Positions 23,691-33,858 of a stretch of DNA of 64,000 nt are shown here, one piece after another. Position numbers and translations under genes: made by a program. Within the stretch, counting starts at the first letter, position 1; every line of letters begins with the position of its first letter. Under the pieces are notes generated by a model. That model worked only from the letters and a program-made list of their open reading frames with translations, searched no databases and was not told the DNA's origin. Source of the stretch: Fimicolochytrium jonesii (Eukaryota); assembly GCF_025526975.1 (NCBI RefSeq), contig NW_026515699.1:186001-250000 (forward strand). The letters run 5' to 3'.

Positions 23691-26600
23691 CGAGGCGAGG
23701 ACGAGGGGAGGAAATCCGTGCAGATTTCGACCAGCTGGAGGGGAGGCGTACCTGGTGGCTCGCAGCGGGCGTGTTGAAGGGGTGAAAGAACAGAGTGTGT
23801 CTTCCATTCATGCAAATCTTGGAGATAAGAGGGCGGAGTTGCGCGTCGCGTAAGCAGACACAATGTATGTACGGGTTCGTTGTCGGTTGACGTGGCAGTT
23901 GCGCATCCTCTCCCTTCACATAAACAAGAGCGACCGGGTCTTTCTGCAAAGATTCGTTGAAAGACGCTTTCGCCGAGTTTTGGGGGGCCGTCCTGGATGG
24001 GCTGCCGTATATCTGACAAAACGTGCCGAGATCGTATCGAGTCTATCCCTCTGGGTGAGTTGAGCGACTTTTCCGTGCTTGCTCTTTGTTCCTTTGCGTT
24101 ATTACCTCCCTTCAGGGCAAATGAAGGAAGACACCCAGCTTCTATCCCAACGGGGCGGGCTAAAACGTGTCAGAATGGCCCATGACGAACTGGTGCGTAT
24201 CCCTTCTGCGCCGCTCTTTCGAAGTCGGAGTCGGCTCAACGCGTGCTTACGTGGAGCCTCAATTTACTGCGCTCTTTTTCAACAGTTGCGCGTTCCTCAC
24301 TGTCTGAACGGCTAGCGGCCATCCTCTCGCGTTCGCCCCCCAATCTTCAAGCACAGAGAACCGGCCGCCTACATCTGAGCGCGCATCGCCAAGTCTCTGC
24401 TTTTCAATGCAACCCTCTGTGCTTTGGTGAGGAGTAGGCGGAAGGAATGGGTCCGTCCCTCATCTATAGAGTTGTCCGAACCGTCCTCCTTCCTCGATCA
24501 CAGTAAACCGCATGGGGAAGATGGTTCGTTGCGGGCGGGCGTCACAGTATACCGCATGGGATGTCGGTTAACTAGCCTAGCATTTTTCTGGAAGGGCTAT
24601 CCGCGCTTTCGCTCTCCGTTTAGACGGTGGCTGGTTGTCAGATAGAGACGTCTTCCTTTCTTCGGGAATGTCAGCCCCCACATGCCCGAGATGTTTGGCA
24701 CGTACTTTCATATAGAAACGGCAGAGGGTGGGTGGTCGGCCCGGACAATGCCAGTGCACACCTCCACCTAAATCATGGAGGACGACTTGTCCTGTGTATT
24801 TATTTCTTTCTCCCGACTTCGTTGGTTTGCTTTCTGCTTCCTTTGGCCGTCATGTTACCTTTGTTAACACATTTTCGTTCTCGCATTACGCTTGCTTTGG
24901 CTTATATACTTTGACTGAGTGGCATCTCTTGCTAACAGTTTCATGGATAGCCAGCAAGCATAAGACATGTTGTAGCGGCGTTAGCGCATTTCCATATCCA
25001 TGGCGAAACAAATCACAATCCTCGGCTCACTAAGCCAGTCCTGGTTGCGGAGAAGAGCAGAGGCACTGCTTTCGAGTGGAGCAAAAATCACAAAGATTAA
25101 ATGACGCATCGAAAACGCCGAGCATCTGACCATTGCCAATGGCGGTCCTGCTCTGTCAATGCCCGAAACCAGCTTACAAGAGTGTGTATCTGACTTATTG
25201 ATGTTGCACTAGGAGGAGATATTGCAACACAGTGTACAAGGCGGCTGGATGGGCATCAGCAAGTAAGGATGAGCGCTGACTGATTTTCGCACACTGGGTA
25301 ACGTCAGGTGGGCGAAGACATTCAGCGCTGCTGCTAACTCCCTATCCCTTTCCTTTACTGGCGACAAGAACAGGTCAGTTGTTGCGCCTTTGTGTGAAAC
25401 AAACCCTGAGTGGATCTGAGGAACCACTGACAAAGATGGCCAGCTCATGGACGAAAAGTTGCCACTTTGGCAGGATTTTGCTGGATGCTCGACCTGGACC
25501 ACATCCATCTACCACGGCGTATTCCCACTGTATGGAACTGTCTCGAGGGACTTTGCTTTTCAAAGCACACGGAGACAGGGTTGCATCGCACATCTCCCGC
25601 CAGTTACCTCGAAACAAACACGGGGAAAAAAACCGTATGTACATGGCGAGCCGTCGTTGTCAATAACAGGTCGGCGTCGGTGGCGCCGCACGCTGGAAGC
25701 TTGTACCGACCAGCGAAAAACGACCCACGGAGCAACAAGTTTGCGATGCGATGAGCGACGGAATTAAGCAATGGCATGGTCGGTGGATGGTCGAAGCGAT
25801 GAATGGTATTGGATGATCTAAGCGATGAACGGCGGTGGACCGCAGATCAACTATACATTGCTCGCTCACGCTCGCAACAATAATGATGGGTTGGATTGAA
25901 CGAAAAAAGAATCGTTCGCTACCTTTCGCAGATTGATTCAAGCTAAGCTTGCTGATGCTCCACATTTCCCGTCATTGCTGACGCTCGGCAAAAGCGGCGT
26001 CGACACCACTCTTTCCGCTCGCTGACCACTCACTTTAGCGGAAAAGTCGAACGGCCGAAATTCGAAGACGGGGAGCCAGGTGGTACTCATAGCCCTTATC
26101 ATAGCCCCCTAACTGTTTTCTGATTGCGATGGCCTGAACAGGAAGTGGAGTTCCATCATGGGTGTGTATCGTCAACCGCAAGAATTTTTGAGAGGGAGCA
26201 TCCAGCTGTGATGTGCCGGTGATCTACACTGACTGCCAGCATTCTAAGTGTGCTAAGTAGGCGAAGCGAATCGCACACGCCCGTTGCGGGTGGCTGTAGT
26301 AAACTGCATCGTCTTGGAGACACATGGATATACGCCGCTCTTTCAGCAAAGGACATGCTATAGTGTCGGACAGAGGAACAAGGTCACTGGTCGCACCATC
26401 CGCCTGACCTCCGCAAGCATCGATTCCGCTAATTCCAATTCAAAGCTGTGGAACTAGGCTCTTCATTCGGTGAGTGCAAGCGGCAATCGTCAATGCCAGA
26501 TGTGCGCACCGGGATGCTTTTTAAGCAACCATCATGCTTCTCAACCACCGCCGCGTCCCGCACATGAACAGGGACAAGATCGTGGACTATGTTCAGTGTA

Positions 26601-26955
26601 GGCATTGCCCGCACCAATGCCATCCTTAGAGTCTCGGTGCATGCTGAACTCCCGCCATTTCGTTTTTGCTTTCGGGCCAAGCGTGGGTCGAGACTTGCCC
26701 TTAATGAATGTAGAAATGGGTCCTTCTTCGTTCCTGCATTTGATCCCAGCGCTATAGGTCCGGGATGGAGCCCTTCGTCACAACCATCCACTAAGTCGCA
26801 TGCACAGGCGGGCTTGACCGTAACGTCGTAATGAGAGCACGCGGAAGTCATACAACCAAAGATCGCTGAAAGGAGTTGGGACGAAGGCGTTAGAAAGGAA
26901 GTTTTAACCAAGACATTAAGCGCGCAGAACAGATCGGACAGTAACTCATAGCGAC

Positions 26956-27165
26956 GTTTGTATGTTTTGAGATGGTATATTGAATATTATAGTGGAGTAC
27001 AAGTAAATCAAGAAACAGAATCAGATGTTCAATGCGTAGGAAGAAGTTTGGACGGGGGAATCAAGAGAACAAAACACATCAGACAGTAGAATCAGAGCAA
27101 AGTTTGTATGGTTGAGATAGTTTATTGAATATTATATTGTACAAGTAAAGAGTGAAGAAACACGA
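26956..27165. repeat. Duplicated AT-rich 3'-end/poly(A)-signal block (~60 bp x2)
   Basis: gtttgtatg..tgagat..t.tattgaatattata..gtacaagtaaa..aagaaac at 26956 and ~27102. Confidence 0.8.
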
Positions 27166-27193
27166 GACCACAAAGAAATATTTACCTGTGAAG

Positions 27194-28291
27194 TGACACC
27201 CGCACGGCCGAAGGCGCCGCTGCCTACATATCCCGGCTGGGGGAATCAGGGGTCGATGTAGTTCTCCTGTCTCCGAAGGCGAAAGGCGACCGTAGGGGGA
27301 ATGGCGACGATAGGCGGAATTGGCGGACCGTAGGCGAAATTGGCGAAGTGAAGTGACACCCGAACGGCCGAAGCCGCTGCCTACATATCCCCGCTAGGGG
27401 GAATCAGGGTTCAATGTAGTTCTTCTTTCCCCGAAGGTGAAAGGCCGAGCGTAGGGGGAATGGCGACGATAGGCGGAATTGGCGGACCGTAGGCGGAATT
27501 GGCGACCGTAGGCGGAAGTGGCGACGACCGTAGGCGGAATTGGCGACCGTAGGCGGAAGTGGCGACGACCGTAGGCGGAATTGGCGGACCGTAGGCGGAA
27601 TTGGCGACTGTAGGCGGAAGTGGCGACGACCGTAGGCGAAATTGGCGGACCGTAGGCGGAATTGGCGACCGTAGGCGGAAGTGGCGACGACCGTAGGTGG
27701 AATTGGCGACGTGAAGTGACACCCGCACGGCCGGAGCCGCTGCCTACATATCCCGGCTGGGGGAATCAGGGTTCGATGTAGTTCTCCTGTCTCCGAAGGC
27801 GAAAGGCGAGCGTAGGCGGAATTGGCGACGACCGTAGGTGGAATTGGCGACGACCGTAGGCGAAATTGGCGACCGTAGGCGGAATTGGCGACGACCGTAG
27901 GTGGAATTGGCGACGACCGTAGGTGGAATTGGCGACGACCGTAGGCGGAATTGGCGACGACCGTAGGTGGAATTGGCGACGACCGTAGGCGGAACGAACC
28001 GATCTTGATGGGGTGCACGCCGAAGCGCTGCCTACATATCCCGAAGGAATCAACCGCCAATGTAGTTCTATTCGGAGGCGAATGGCGAGCTCACGACCGG
28101 TGGCGGAAACACGGGAGCCGAGTCGAAGTCGAGTTGGCGAGCTCACGACCGCTGTCGGTAAGCGGGAGCCGTAGGCGGAATTGGCGAGCTCACGACCGTT
28201 GCCGAGAAACGGGAGCCGATGGGGACCTTGATACGGTGCACGCCGAAGCGCTGCCTACATATCCCGAAGGAATCAACCGCAATGTAGTTCT
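27194..28291 (-). ncRNA. Five copies of a ~65-72 nt pseudoknotted RNA-like motif (27194-27265, 27354-27423, 27717-27785, 28005-28069, 28228-28291)
   Basis: Invariant AGAA-CUACAU...UGAU-UCC..GGA-U-AUGUAG-GCAG core, variable-length hairpins often capped by UUCG/UCCG, and covarying long-range pair ACCC/GGGU versus GCGGU/ACCGU. Confidence 0.6.
27455..27992. repeat. 20-23 bp minisatellite CCGTAGG(C/T)GGAA(T/G)TGGCG(ACG)A, roughly 20 copies, interleaved between the motif copies
   Basis: Directly visible in two blocks, ~27455-27710 and ~27810-27992. Confidence 0.95.
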
Positions 28292-28570
28292 ATTCGGAGG
28301 CGAATGGCGAGCTCACGACCGCTGCCGGTAAGCGGGAGCCGTAGGCGGAATTGTCGAGCTCACGACCGCTGGCGAAAGAAACGGGAGCCGAAGTCGAGTT
28401 GCCGGCCGAGTCGAAGTCGAGTGGCGAGCTCACGACCGCTGGCGATAAACGGGAGCCGAAGTCAAGTTGCCGGCCGAGTCGAAGTCGAGTGGCGAGCTCA
28501 CGACCGTTGCCGGAAACGGGAGCCGAAGCCGAGTTGGCGAGCTCACGACCGCTGGCGATGAGCGGGAGTC
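28083..28570. repeat. Degenerate repeat TGGCGAGCTCACGACCG..CGGGAGCCG (~8 copies)
   Basis: gagctcacgaccg recurs at ~50-70 bp spacing. Confidence 0.9.
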
Positions 28571-28649
28571 GTGGTGTTTTTAACGTCGCTTGTACCCCCG
28601 ACGGTGTGACCTTGTGAAGAGATGGGGAAGGATGGTGGTGGGTACTTGA

Positions 28650-28856
28650 GAAAGGATGGATGAGACGACGAAGGGACTTGACCGGATAGACGAAGCGTTG
28701 GGAAAGGATGGATGAGACGACGAAGGGACTTGACCGGATAGACGAAGCGTTGGGAAAGGATGGATGACACGACGAAGGGACTTGACCGGATAGTTGAAGC
28801 GTTGGGAAAGGATGGATGAGACGACGAAGGGACTTGACCGGATAGTAGACGCGTTG
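28650..28856. repeat. 52-bp tandem repeat x4
   Basis: gaaaggatggatgagacgacgaagggacttgaccggatag starts at 28650, 28702, 28754 and 28806. Confidence 0.95.
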
Positions 28857-29007
28857 AAGGCGAAGCAGGGAACTTGAAAGACGACCGAGGCGTGACGAGG
28901 AAGGCGAGACCGGATAGGCGAAGCGTTGAAGGCGAAGGAGGGAAGTTGAAGGCGAGGCGAGGTTTGGTGAAGAAAAAGTGAACGAGGGAAGCCGTCGCAG
29001 GCCCTTC

Positions 29008-29014
29008 TTTTATA
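29008..29014 (-). promoter_or_regulatory. TATA box (TATAAAA) of unit B
   Basis: GTCTATAAAA followed by a pyrimidine-rich stretch; the same GTCTATAAAA context occurs at 23685-23676. Confidence 0.6.
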
Positions 29015-29199
29015 GACCTCGGGCGAGCAAAAGTTGCGAGTTTTTGGTTGCGTCCTGAAAACGTGGCAGAGCCGGGCCACCACGGCCCGCGACGGGCCTG
29101 CCAAGAGAAACTGCGAGCTGGGTGGAAACGTGGGCGAGATTGGGTGGGAAAGGGTCGGGAATCCGACTCCAGAACGCGTAGTGTAAGCAGGGTGGAGAC

Positions 29200-29740
29200 G
29201 CGTTTTGGAGGCCGTCTGCAGGCCATCTTGAAGACGACATCAATGATTCCTATCAAAAGACATGCAGCGCAAGCAGGGAATCCTTGAGAGCATGATATGG
29301 AAGGTATGGGTAGGGGGGCGAGCCGGGCCAAACCAGAAGGGCCCTCAGGGTCCACTGCTTACACAACGCGTTTTGGCACCTATCTCGCCCCACGTTTCCA
29401 TAAGTTGTCAAGACGACATCATCTTTGGAGGGCATGTTGAAGACGACATCATTGCCTCCTATCAAAAGACATATGATATGGAAGGTATGGCTAGGGGGCG
29501 GGCCGGGCCAGACCAGAAGGGCCCTCAGAGTCCACTGCTTACGCGTTTAAGACGACATCATCTTTGGAGGCCATGTTGAAGACGACGTCATTGCCGCCTT
29601 ATCAAAAGACATGCAGCGTGTAGCAGGGACTGCTTGAGCGCATGATATGGAAGGTATGGCTAGGGGGCATGATATGGAAGGTATGGCTAGGGGGCATGAT
29701 ATGGAAGGTATGGCTAGGGGGCGAGCCGGGCCACACCATA
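29200..29740. repeat. Three degenerate ~140-200 bp repeats upstream of the TATA box, including a perfect 27-bp x3 array at 29641-29721
   Basis: gaagacgac(a/g)tca..ctatcaaaagacat..atgatatggaaggtatgg.tagggggc recurs at ~29230, ~29440 and ~29578. Confidence 0.9.
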
Positions 29741-29948
29741 AGGGAAGGCAGACACCGACAAGAGAGCGCGCACGGCATTGAATCACTACGTGGAGCCACG
29801 TGCCATGCCAGAGTTTAATTACGGGATTTATTTCCGGCCAGGTCAGCGGCCGTAACAAGCGACAATGCGGTGGCTGCTCAGCGCTTGCTTTCAGAGTGCG
29901 AACAGCGCTGCAAACCCCACCCCCCAATCCGTCAACAACGCCCCGACA

Positions 29949-30755
29949 ATGCGCTCCCTCCGCCTCCTCCTACCCGCCTTATCCGCCACCCTCCTGCTCT
30001 TCCTCCTCCTCACCCCCTTATCCCACGCCCACGCCGCCCCTCCCTCCTCCGGCATCATAATCCCACCCCCCCACGATGATTCCTCCTCCCAAAAACCGCC
30101 CTTCACCGGCGGCCAAAACGACGACGAATCCCTCTACCTCACCGTCACCCTGCGCGGGATCCACGACCTCTTTTCCGCCTTCGGGATCCCCCTGCCCGCC
30201 GGCTCATCCACGACACATGTCCATTCCGACCCGTCCACCGACGAAGCGACCATCACGCTCACGTTAACCAATTGGCCGCAGACGGTGGACCATACCATCC
30301 AGACCGTTATTTCCACGCTGCAGTTTGGGTATACCGCCGACGAGGTCGTGGCGTACGTCCGCGAGCAGCTCGAGCACTTTGTGAAGGTGACGAGGGAGAG
30401 TTTCGGGGACCGGGATGTCGTCGGGGAGGTGTGGGAGGCCACCGGGTGGAGGGAGAAGTTTAGGTTGGACAGACCGGGGCATGTGGATTGGAGGGTTGCG
30501 GTGGTGCCGGCGGTTGTGGGGTACGGAATAAGTGTGGCGATGTGGTTCGCGCCGTGGTGGGTTGTGTGGATTGTCGGGAGTTTGGTGGTGGTGGCGGGGT
30601 GTGTGGTGGGGCATGGGGGGTATGTGGTGGGGAGGTGGGTTGTGGGGAAGGTTGGGGGCCTTGTGAGGGGTGGGGAGAGGGTTGTGGTCGTGGAGTCGAC
30701 GGCGGCGAGGGTTGTTGCCGTGAAGGAGACGAAGGTTGAGAAGAAGAGGCAGTGA
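29949..30755 (+). CDS. Hypothetical protein with signal peptide and C-terminal transmembrane segments
   Basis: MRSLRLLLPALSATLLLFLLLTPLSHAHA signal-like start; hydrophobic C-terminal helices; intact single ORF. Confidence 0.7.
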   Translation: MRSLRLLLPALSATLLLFLLLTPLSHAHAAPPSSGIIIPPPHDDSSSQKPPFTGGQNDDESLYLTVTLRGIHDLFSAFGIPLPAGSSTTHVHSDPSTDEATITLTLTNWPQTVDHTIQTVISTLQFGYTADEVVAYVREQLEHFVKVTRESFGDRDVVGEVWEATGWREKFRLDRPGHVDWRVAVVPAVVGYGISVAMWFAPWWVVWIVGSLVVVAGCVVGHGGYVVGRWVVGKVGGLVRGGERVVVVESTAARVVAVKETKVEKKRQ

Positions 30756-31247
30756 GGGCGTGTAATAGGAGTGGAGGGTTTCTCCCTTTCTCCTGCCCTG
30801 TCCATTTGAGCACGCTTCTAGGCCCTAGAATATCTTTATTCTCACACTACGCACCTATCATAGACCGGGAATACACATTTGTTTTGATAATTTACCATAT
30901 GTACAAAGACCACAAGCAACGAAGCCCAGCGTACATGAGCGAGCAAACTGGAGAGGGATGCTCTCTACTACACCCTACAGACCTCATCTGATGAGATCCC
31001 TCAACGCGCTTGACGAGATGCATATCTACAGGTGCAACCCAAACATCATCGCATCCTACTAATGACCTAAAAAGGCCCCAGCCTCAACCGTCGGGTGTGC
31101 GAGCGGGCGAACGGGACGGGTACACGATGCGGTGAATTGATGGCGACGAGAGGGACGTTGTGTTCGATTCATGGGGTTTGGTTTCGCCTGCTCCTTCAGC
31201 GTATCATTTCCTGCCTGCTGGCCCGGTGGTGTGTCTCTTTTAGGCTT

Positions 31248-33616
31248 CTAGTCCCAAAACCTGGACGTAACAAAAGTCAGTGGAACCGCCAGGCGCAGAC
31301 CCAAAATCGACACACAAATCCACCCACTCATACTCACTTGATAGTCCCATCCCAACTACAAGTAAACAACTTACTAGTCTCATGCGGATGCCACTCGGTC
31401 CCAATCACAACCTTATCATGCGCCTTAAACTTCTTCAGCACTTTACACGTCTTCCAGTCCCAGAACCACACTCTTCCCTCACTGTCCCCGCTCGTCACGA
31501 ACCGCGAGTCGGGCGAGAAGGACGGTTGGCATGCGTAACCGGCGACGAGATGGCCGCGGAACGTTTTTTTGCGGTTGAGGCGGAACCGGTCACGGGCGGA
31601 GTAGATTACTATTTGGTTGTCGAGGGATTGGCAGGCTAGCCATTTTTCTGGGCGGTGGGGAAGGTGTCAGTTGAGTTGCGTGACGAGTGGGAGTGGGAAG
31701 AGGGAATAGGCAGGGCAGCAAACTTACTTGTTGGATGCAACGTAACAGCGGGCATCGAATGCATACTCGGCTCCGCCACATACTTGATAACCACGGGGAT
31801 ATCAAACTCCCACGCCCTGAGCGTCTTATCATCACTCGTGGTCACAAACCGTCTATTATCATCCACAAACGTGATCGTATTCACCGCGCCGAGATGCTGA
31901 TCATACTCCTGCACGACCTCGCCCGAGTTCGCATCAAACTGGTAGATCTTCTTGTCGGCGCACCCGGTGAGGAAGAGGTGCTGCTTGTCGGCGTCTGGGT
32001 TGAAGCGCACGCAGTAGGGTATCCGCTTGGTGGTGTAGGAGGAGATGCAGGCGCCGGTTTCGGTGTCCCAGAGCTTAATGTATTTGTCGTAGGAGGCGGA
32101 GAGGAAGCGCGTGCCGTCGTTGTTGAATGTGATGTCGCGCACGCCTTTGGAGTGGCCCATGAAGGTGCGGAGGCAGCGGCGGTCGTGATAGACGTCCCAA
32201 AGCTGTTTGTTAAAGATGTGAGAAATCCAAGCAAATCATATGGAGCGTCAAAGCCTTCCAGCCCTCACCTTCACTTTGTTGTCCATCCCCGCACTCAAAA
32301 ACAAATGAGCGCTATTCGGAAACAGCCGTATCGCATTGACACCTTTCGTATGTCCGGTCCACGTGTGAATCAGCGTCTTTGGCAAGAAGCAGTCCTTGAT
32401 CCCGGGCTCCGCAGACAGATCCACGTCCAAATCCGTAGGCACATGCATATACGTTCGGCCCAAATAATCCCTCTCGTCCTTGCCATGGAAGATACTCCTT
32501 TCGTTCCCAACCTCCTCGTCTGCGGTTTTCGGCTTTTTCACGTTTTCCTGCGTGCTTGCAGCCTCAGCAGCCGCGATCTCCTCGTCCGTCGGTCCCACCC
32601 CAGCCTCAACATGCACATGTTCCCCCTCGTATCCCGCCCACGGACCCGCGTATCCGTCGATAGATGCCGGATCACCCGCTGCCTTCCGTTTCCGCTTTTC
32701 TGCAGCCTTCACCTTGTTGCCTGTCTCGTAAATCGTTGCACCGCCTGTTGCGGTAGCTTTCGCAAGGTCGCCAACAAACACCTCGCCGTTGCTGTTGGGG
32801 TCGACTGCGTAGCCGAGGTTGTCGAAGGTTCGGGACATCGAGTCGAAGTTGTAGCTCGATATCGCATATTCTTCCACGTAGCCTGCGATTTAAGTGGGAT
32901 GAAGGAGATATAACGATGAGTATGACTGTTTGATCGGATATTTTGACGATGGTTGAAGCATAACCTGCTCGCTTCCCGCGCGACAAGGAGATTGGACTGC
33001 GGTGTGCGAAGCTCGCTACGCTCGCAAAAAATCTGACGCTCGTTGAGGCTCGCTGAGAGCCGTGGTTAGGGGAGTATTGCGCTGGTCGCCCTCGCTACGC
33101 CGCGGGCTCCCAGAGCAAACCAAGGCTCGCCTAGGGCTCGCCTGCCTCAAAGATCCCTGCGCCTCCCTTCGCTCGTCCAAGGCTGCCTTGCGCGATTCCA
33201 TCCGCTCGCTGACGCTCGGGTGCTCCAAGCGACCTTGCGCCTACGATGCAATCAGCCGGGCTCCGCCCGCAAACCCTCGCTATCGCTCGCCCAACCTCAA
33301 GCAGCCCTGCGCCTCGCTTCGCTCGCTGCATTCACAGTCTCTCGCCACCGTCACGAAACATACCAGTAAGGACATTCCGATTAGGCGCAGTGGCCTGCGT
33401 CGCAAACGGATTCTCGGGCCCCTGACTCGGCCTCACCAGATCCTTATACGGCACATTATGGGCAATCTCCTTTGTGGTGATTTCGGGAATGTAGTTGAAA
33501 GTTTGGAGGTCCTGGGTGGATACTTCGGGGGCTGTGTTGATCTTTTGCTTTTTGGCGGGGATGACGGGGGCGTAGGAGGGCTCGTCGTCGGAGCCGTATT
33601 GGCCGAAGAGGTCCAT
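31248..33616 (-). CDS. PRP17: Pre-mRNA splicing factor Prp17/CDC40 (WD40, multi-exon)
   Basis: [77 protein letters not shown]. Confidence 0.95.
32966..33332. mobile_element. Mini-hairpin-rich insertion inside PRP17 intron 1
   Basis: Intron 33363-32883 is 481 bp, longer than most here, and dense in CTCGCTACGCTCG / CTCGCTTCGCTCG-type motifs with an internal ~30-bp direct repeat (~33145, ~33295). Confidence 0.45.
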
Positions 33617-33858
33617 TTTGGGTGGGGTATCGTTCTTGGTATGGGAGTTGGGAGGGAGTTGGAATGTGGGAGGATTTGGGTCGAAAAAGGGAGTCCTAGT
33701 TTTGTCTCTGTTGTTGGCCTGTCTGTGTCTTCTGTGTTGGCAACTTGGCATGACACGCCGATCTGCACAACTTGCTCAACCGTCCGCATTTCCCACCCTT
33801 CCAAACCCCCCCCACCAAACAGCCCGCAAGCCCAACTGTTCCCAAAACACAACAAAAT

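Larger units (their letters stand above)
26956..29857 (-). mobile_element. 2.9-kb non-coding, repeat-built element (unit B); candidate non-autonomous or LTR-like element
   Basis: Minus strand starts TGTTACGG at 29857; AGCGAC direct repeat at 26950-26955 and 29858-29863; internal TATAAAA (29014-29008) and AATAAA (27126-27121); built from nested repeats. Confidence 0.55.

Noticed and set aside
26400..26920. MULE/FAR1-type HNHPL peptide on the + strand
   Set aside because: Isolated 5-aa match in a stop-interrupted frame, with no DDE domain or TIRs
28005..28090. Canonical HDV-like or hammerhead ribozyme
   Set aside because: Helix order is similar to HDV but there is no G-U at the cleavage site, no P1.1 and no J4/2 C-x-A; no CUGANGA/GAAA pair
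27194..28570. CRISPR array
   Set aside because: Eukaryotic context, no cas genes, and the intervening sequences are themselves repeats rather than unique fixed-length spacers
27404..29355. Long ORFs over the repeat region (e.g. 27404-28060, 28543-29355)
   Set aside because: Repetitive translations in several frames, explained by stop-poor tandem repeats
30985..31020. CTGATGAG hammerhead core
   Set aside because: No downstream stem II/GAAA
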